Assembly (NCBI RefSeq): GCF_902459465.1
Contig: NC_047066.1
Span: forward strand, 6,633,047-6,697,046
Source of the DNA: Asterias rubens
Taxonomy: Eukaryota
Direction: 5' to 3'
DNA: 64,000 nucleotides
Part shown: positions 58,701 to 64,000 of the stretch, one piece after another
Layout of the letters: each line of letters begins with the position of its first letter
Position numbering within the stretch: position 1 is the first letter of the stretch
The notes under the pieces: model-generated
The model's input: the letters and a program-made list of their open reading frames with translations, nothing else
Database searches by the model: none
What the model was told of the DNA's origin: nothing
Made by a program: the position numbers and the translations under genes

Positions 58701-61700
58701 TTCTGTATTACACAAACCCACTCACGCTTGTGTGATAACCTATACCGGTACTAAGCCTAATCAGTACCATGAAAAACTCTTGATTCAGTATCTATGGGCA
58801 AAACATACAAGTACACATTTAATGCAAGCGACCATTCACTTACTGGATTTGTGATGATTCCCATGATGGCTTTGGGACAGTATTTAGCGGCAGCTTCACT
58901 CAGATTCCTGACGATAGATGCATTTGTGTTGAACAGATCATCTCTCGTCATTCCTTGATTGAAGAAATTATATTGGAGGTTAACTTAGCATTTGAAACAA
59001 TTATTTGTAATGGAAATGAAACCTACTAAAAATCTGTAAGGTTTCAAAGATGGTTTGGTCCCATTAGAGAAGTCATTGAGAACTGTTAATTTTTTTAAAT
59101 TTTTGGTCTGAGCATTCACAAAACATAAACAATTAAAATAAGATGACGAAAATTGATAAAGACAATGAAATCACATGACATATTGGTAAAACAAGTTTAA
59201 GCCAGCCTGCAACCATATGGTAAATATCACAATACACACCATGTACATTGTTCGTACACAGAAAATGATACCAATAGTAGGAGGGTTAAACATTCATGAG
59301 GATATCAATCAAAGATTTACCAGGTTTCCTTGGTACTCCGGCAGGGATGAGAACCAGTTGACATCCCTCTAAGCATTGCTGTAGTTGTTCATTTCCCTGG
59401 TAACCAGCAACTTTAGCTGGAGTTTCAATATGACTGAGATCTGCAGCAACACCGGGTGTATTGACCACATCGAACAGCGCAAGGCTGCTGACCATTGGGT
59501 TGTTCTTGAGGAGAAGCGACAATGGCTGGCCGATGCCACCAGCTGCACCAAGAACTGCTACTTTTTTATTGCTCTGTAAAAAAAAAGGAGCATTTATTAC
59601 TTAAAATGACACGTGCTACTGGGCCAATCTCAGACCATAGACCTAGACCAACACAAAGAGTTATGATGGACCTCTTGCTGTGATTCAAAATCAAAGTCTA
59701 TTATTATAATTCTTTTTTTCCCTGTAATATTTTTTGTGTGATGCTCTAATTGTTCTAAATTTATTTTAAGATTAAATCTGTGTTCTTAGAAGAAAGTTTG
59801 TCTTGATTTTTGAAAGTGGTAAAATGTTTGCAAATCTTACAAAAATGGTCGAACTTTCACATTTGTTACTCTAGAATGACTTGGGTTGTCTGAAACCCTA
59901 AGGTCTGTAATGGACCATACATTTGAATACTAAAAAATGTTGGTACATTTAATTTTAGTTTTTTGTTCATTCATTTATTTTTTATTATTCTAGTTTAAAT
60001 TTAATTTAAAACAATTGGAGATGCTACACAGATAGGTCTCATAATAAAAAAGAGAAGCTACGCATGTCCTGTAGAAAACAAACCTAAAAGAGCACAAAAC
60101 GAATGGTGTAGAAACAGAGTTGGATTGGCGCACACGGCACAACTGGGTGTCATATTCTTCTACTACCTAGAAACTATAAAGCTTCCTCGTGAGCCTTTAT
60201 AGTTTCTAGAGTAGGTGTCACAAGACTGCAAAAATAATTATATTAAAACAAAAATGAAACATTGAAAATAGTAAGTTGTCTATCCTATTAATTCTTATTA
60301 GGCCTATGGCAGTTTTTCGCCACATTAATTTTAAATAAAATTTGAATTAAAATTGTTGCAATATTATTAATTAATATTATAATTGAATAACGGTGTCAGG
60401 ACACTTCGTACCTTTGCCACTTCGTACCCTGGACACTTCGTACCTTTTGAAGGTACGAAGTGTCTTTGGACACTTCGTACCTTGGACACTTCGTACCTTC
60501 CCTTGAGACACTTTGTACCTTTCCGTGAGACACTTCGTACCTTCTCACGAGACAGGGTGGAACCTTCAGACGAGACATTTCGTACCTTCAGGATTTCATC
60601 GCATCAACCAGAAGGCAGGGAACCACGTAAGCATGTAACTTAAGAACAACTTAAGAACACTTACAAGAAACACCCAAACACTTCACAACCCCAAAGATAT
60701 TCCACAAATATTTTTAACAGTAATCATTATTTTTAATGAACTTCACTTTACAGTCCATATCAAATAAATAAATCATAATAAAAATCATAGTAATAAAAAT
60801 CATAGTAAAACACGTTTTAAAAATAAATACTTTTAACTTAAAAACTGGTATTCCATCTTTTCCTATATTTTTTATATCCGAAAACATCGGATGACGTAAT
60901 GTACACCGGCCTCAAAAACTTCCAGCGGAGCGGCGCCCTCTATGGCTGACTGGAACAAATGGCTGATCTGCACGAATGTTACAATATTAAATTATGATAT
61001 TTTAAACTTCACACTGACAAGGACTTTCACATTTTAGACATTAATAACAATTCATGAGGTATTCAGTTATATACTTTTATAATTTTACTGAAGGTACGAA
61101 GTGACTCGGCTGACGGTACGAAGTGACTTATCTGATGGTCACTTCGTACCCCGCCCATGGTATGAAGTGACCAATTTGGGTACGGTACGAAGTGTCCCGA
61201 AGGTACGAAGTGTCCAGGGTACGAAGTGGCAAAGGTACGAAGTGTCCGACATCCTTGAATAACGGTTAATAAAATCTAAATAAATAATCTGTTTTTATAT
61301 TAAAATGTTTATCGAAAAGTTTTGTTCATTAATTAAAAAATAAAATTAATTAGATTAGTTTTATTTTAGGGCTAGGCCTAACTAACCATGCTAACTAAAC
61401 ATGCTTTAAAAATAGCCTAATTAGGCTAATTAATATTAATTTGATTTGATGAGAAAATCGCTGAGGAGGAATGAGGTAAAGTTAATCAAAGACATTATTG
61501 GTACACTACCCACCCTCCCCACAACAACATTGAAAATACAAAACACAAGTTGAAATTTTAAAAAAGAACTCGGACTGGCCGCCCCCACCGTACCCAGTCA
61601 TGCCGGGTAGGTCGCCTATAGGAAAATTGAACGTAGAATGAGGAATGGCTTTTTTTACCTTGGCCGACAGAGACAACAATCGTCTCGTTTGGGTTGGAGT

Positions 61701-61736
61701 TCCCAGCCTCCTAAGAAGTACAACAGATCCCAGCAT
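55641..61736 (-). CDS. MDH2: Mitochondrial malate dehydrogenase gene, 8 coding exons, 341 aa: 61659-61736; 59321-59573; 58844-58953; 58121-58324; 57128-57226; 56679-56729; 56196-56297; 55641-55769.
   Basis: Exon 1 encodes a basic presequence [26 protein letters not shown]. Later exons match MDH2: [118 protein letters not shown] and [14 protein letters not shown]. All GT-AG, 1026 nt in frame. Confidence 0.87.
56196..56297 (-). CDS. MDH2: MDH2 exon 7 ([34 protein letters not shown])
   Basis: 102 nt. Donor is gtaaga. Confidence 0.8.
56679..56729 (-). CDS. MDH2: MDH2 exon 6 ([17 protein letters not shown])
   Basis: 51 nt. Acceptor is ccag, donor is gtgagt. Confidence 0.8.
57128..57226 (-). CDS. 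MDH2: MDH2 exon 5 ([33 protein letters not shown])
   Basis: Acceptor is ttag, donor is gtaagt. Confidence 0.8.
58121..58324 (-). CDS. MDH2: MDH2 exon 4
   Basis: Within minus ORF 58079..58336. Confidence 0.88.
58545..58672. mobile_element. Small palindromic MITE built from GTCCTAA/TTAGGAC units
   Basis: taagactagtcttatctcgacttaggacgagtaactcgtcctaaactcgtcctaacttaggactag...actagtcctaagttaggactagtcttaac. Confidence 0.65.
58844..58953 (-). CDS. MDH2: MDH2 exon 3
   Basis: Contains minus ORF 58757..58951 ([36 protein letters not shown]). Confidence 0.88.
59321..59573 (-). CDS. MDH2: MDH2 exon 2 (NAD-binding GAAGGIG)
   Basis: Contains minus ORF 59286..59522. Confidence 0.88.
60380..61270. mobile_element. 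Foldback-type element of about 890 bp in MDH2 intron 1. Its long inverted termini are built from tandem 11-16 bp subrepeats (GGACACTTCGTACC / GGTACGAAGTG)
   Basis: The left arm 60395-60600 has about 10 tandem copies of gacacttcgtacc. The right arm 61085-61255 carries the complementary ggtacgaagtg units. The outer ends are gaataacggtgtc...gacacttcg / cgaagtgtccgacatccttgaataacgg. Confidence 0.8.
61659..61736 (-). CDS. MDH2: MDH2 exon 1 (mitochondrial transit peptide)
   Basis: Start of minus ORF 61506..61736. Donor is aag|gtaaaaaa. Confidence 0.75.
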
Positions 61737-62888
61737 TTTCGGTGTAAATAGACTAAACTATCAGAGATACAAATTTGGTAAAAAGGATGGTTTAATAACC
61801 GAAAAAACACGTAAATGTTGGAAGTATGCGACTCGTCCGCGACCACAACCGGCGAAAAAGTTCAGAGAATTTAGAAAGGTCAAGTTGCACGATCAGCTTG
61901 CCGGTGTCACCGCGCAGTCGCAACAGCGATTTCAGTACCCACAACGCACCACAGCGGAAGTACAGATTCTCCTTGGCAACTCATAACGCGGAAGTACGAA
62001 AAGAAAAGCAGAAAGCAGACGACAAAAGTTAGAGCAACAGGGTGAGTTTTTGTCTTGGGATTGCTCTTCTTCCCCTTTCTCTTGAGTGCAACTTCCGGAA
62101 ATTTATTTTGTAACTATGGCCATGTATGTGCTGATGTGGAGAAAGGAGGAAGTAATACAAATAAATAATAAAGAGACAAGTCATGGATATAATTTTAACA
62201 TGAATTGATGATTGATGTTTATTTTCAGACCTGCCTTTCCATTCCTTTTTTAATATCATGGTTTTTGTTTTTGTTTAACTATAATGTTTAACTTAATAAT
62301 GTTTAACTTATAGGTAAAATTTCCAACAGTCAGTATCATCGATTATCATGTTGTTATTGATACGCATCATAAAATGAATGATCATTTACTTTGCCCGCCT
62401 TGTTCGACAGCCCAAGGCAAGAAGTTGTTGGGGCTGTTGTTTTGTTATGTTAGTTAGGCCTTTAGCATGTTTAGGCTATGCATAGGGCCTACTAACTAAA
62501 TACCATGCTTACTGTGTACTTACTAGTGTCATGTTCGTTATTTATGGGGATTTATAGCTCTCTTTTACTAGTTTTATTTTAACATCGGTCATCTAAATAA
62601 GCTGCAATCATAGGCGCCAATAAATGTATGATAAGACCGATTGATGTATAAAAATAGCCATAATCATCATTCCCCTGGCAGAGGAAACATCTAACGATTG
62701 CCCCACCCTTTCCTTTGTTTAAAGGAGTACAGTACAGCGCCCAAGTTGCATGGGTCTTATGCAGGTTGGACTCTTCTAATACTCATCATATTTTTCATAA
62801 ATTAATATTGTTACAAATGTCCTTCATTTTCTCCAAGTCCAGTGTGTCTGTCATTTAGTGAAAAGCTCCCGAATACATTGTCAGCAAC

Positions 62889-64000
62889 ATGGCTGCGCGC
62901 ATTGTGATGTGTGAACCGACAGAACTGTATAACATCCTCCAGCAGGCCACATCATATCCGTGTCTCAGTGATCCTAACTACCTGCTATTGCTCGGTAAGT
63001 TGGTCCAATCAGTAGTTATTTGTGACGCGGGCCTGGAACTACTTGCACGGAGGCCACAGAGGCCCTTGAGGCCTTGGCCTCTGTTGCCCCTGGTCTTGGC
63101 CTTTGTGCGCATTCAAAAGTTTCCAATAAACTTTAAGATTTTCCAGGGCAAGCGCCCTTTGCAAATTAAAGTTGGCCTTGCCTTCTCAGAGATGAAATTC
63201 CAAGCCTGGTGACATACATTTGAAGTTGGTATAACTCTTAGACCAACAAATTCTCTGCCAAAAAGTCTACTCAATTGGGGGAAGCTTGACTGTGTGCAAT
63301 TATTGGTCCACTTCAAATGCAACAAAGACACCAAATGAACAACAGATAAATACTGAGCAACTCTTTGCAGATCTTGTATTTGACATACTCAAGCACTTGT
63401 ACTCATTAACTCATTATTGACACAGCTATTGTTAATTGGTAGATAAATAACATTGAGATAACTGCTACATAAGTGGTTTTTAACCGTTTGTTTATAAAGT
63501 GGACCCGAAAAAATGTGTACCAATGGTTTTGGCTGTGCACTGCACACCCTATGCGTTTTTCATATTTTTTATTAATGTTTATGTTTTGTCGACAGATGCC
63601 AGGCAAACAAATGAATACAATGAGAGCCATATCATCACAGCAAAGAAAGCTCCAAGGGTAATTCCTTCCCCCTTATTTATCTATCAATGTATGATACATC
63701 CATCAACTGCTTATTGTAACCATGGAGCTTTTTATAGCTTTTGTCAGACTTCTCCATAATGTTCTTTGCTTTGCCGTCCTTGTCCGGTCACCCCAGCCAT
63801 CTTCACGAATATGTCCCTCCATGCTCTTGATTTGAATCTTTTTAATTATTATCATTTCCTTATTTTTTATGCCATGACAAATCTTGTTTTTTCCACTTGC
63901 AGTCTCCTTCAGGTGAATTTCTTGTACCGTATGATGGTGAACTGGAGTGCAAGATGCATGTTGTAGTGCTGGACAGCAAGGCACACAGTTTAAAAGATCA
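62889..64000 (+). CDS. 5' part of an uncharacterised gene. Exons 62889-62994 (MAARIVMCEPTELYNILQQATSYPCLSDPNYLLLL..), 63596-63657 (DARQTNEYNESHIITAKKAPR) and 63903-64000+ (SPSGEFLVPYDGELECKMHVVVLDSKAHSLKD..).
   Basis: ATG-initiated plus ORF 62889... Donor is g|gtaagt, acceptor gtcgacag, donor agg|gtaatt, acceptor cttgcag. Phases are consistent. I do not recognise a homologue. Confidence 0.45.

Overview
This window looks like a gene-dense piece of an invertebrate metazoan nuclear genome, probably a marine invertebrate. It carries spliced genes with GT-AG introns, MITE/SINE families and long (GA)n and homopolymer G/C tracts. I reconstructed six gene models by hand from splice consensus and homology recalled from memory, with no database search:

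- **1..2810 (-):** a giant open exon of at least 936 codons encoding a Ser/Lys/Arg-rich protein with an internal ~255-bp repeat. It runs off the left edge.
- **9939..22549 (-):** NF2/merlin, 15 coding exons, with one GC-AG intron and an (AG)n-associated acceptor/frameshift ambiguity at exon 11.
- **25624..36252 (-):** major vault protein (MVP), 14 coding exons, with a tandem duplication of its start-codon region.
- **41048..42631 (-):** a 2-exon gene encoding a signal-peptide-bearing tocopherol-cyclase-like protein. This family is typical of plants, algae and cyanobacteria, so it is the most unexpected item here.
- **44258..53362 (+):** an 11-exon secreted mosaic serine protease (signal peptide, five LDLa repeats, TSP1, trypsin domain).
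- **55641..61736 (-):** mitochondrial malate dehydrogenase (MDH2), 8 exons, with a large foldback element in intron 1.
- **62889..64000 (+):** the 5' part of an uncharacterised gene.

Intergenic and intronic space is packed with several MITE and tRNA-derived SINE families, palindromes, an exact 847-bp tandem duplication, CTCF-like motifs and a pseudo-exon copy. There are no rRNA genes, bona fide tRNA genes or CRISPR arrays. Coordinates come from manual reverse-complementing, so individual splice sites may be off by 1-2 nt.
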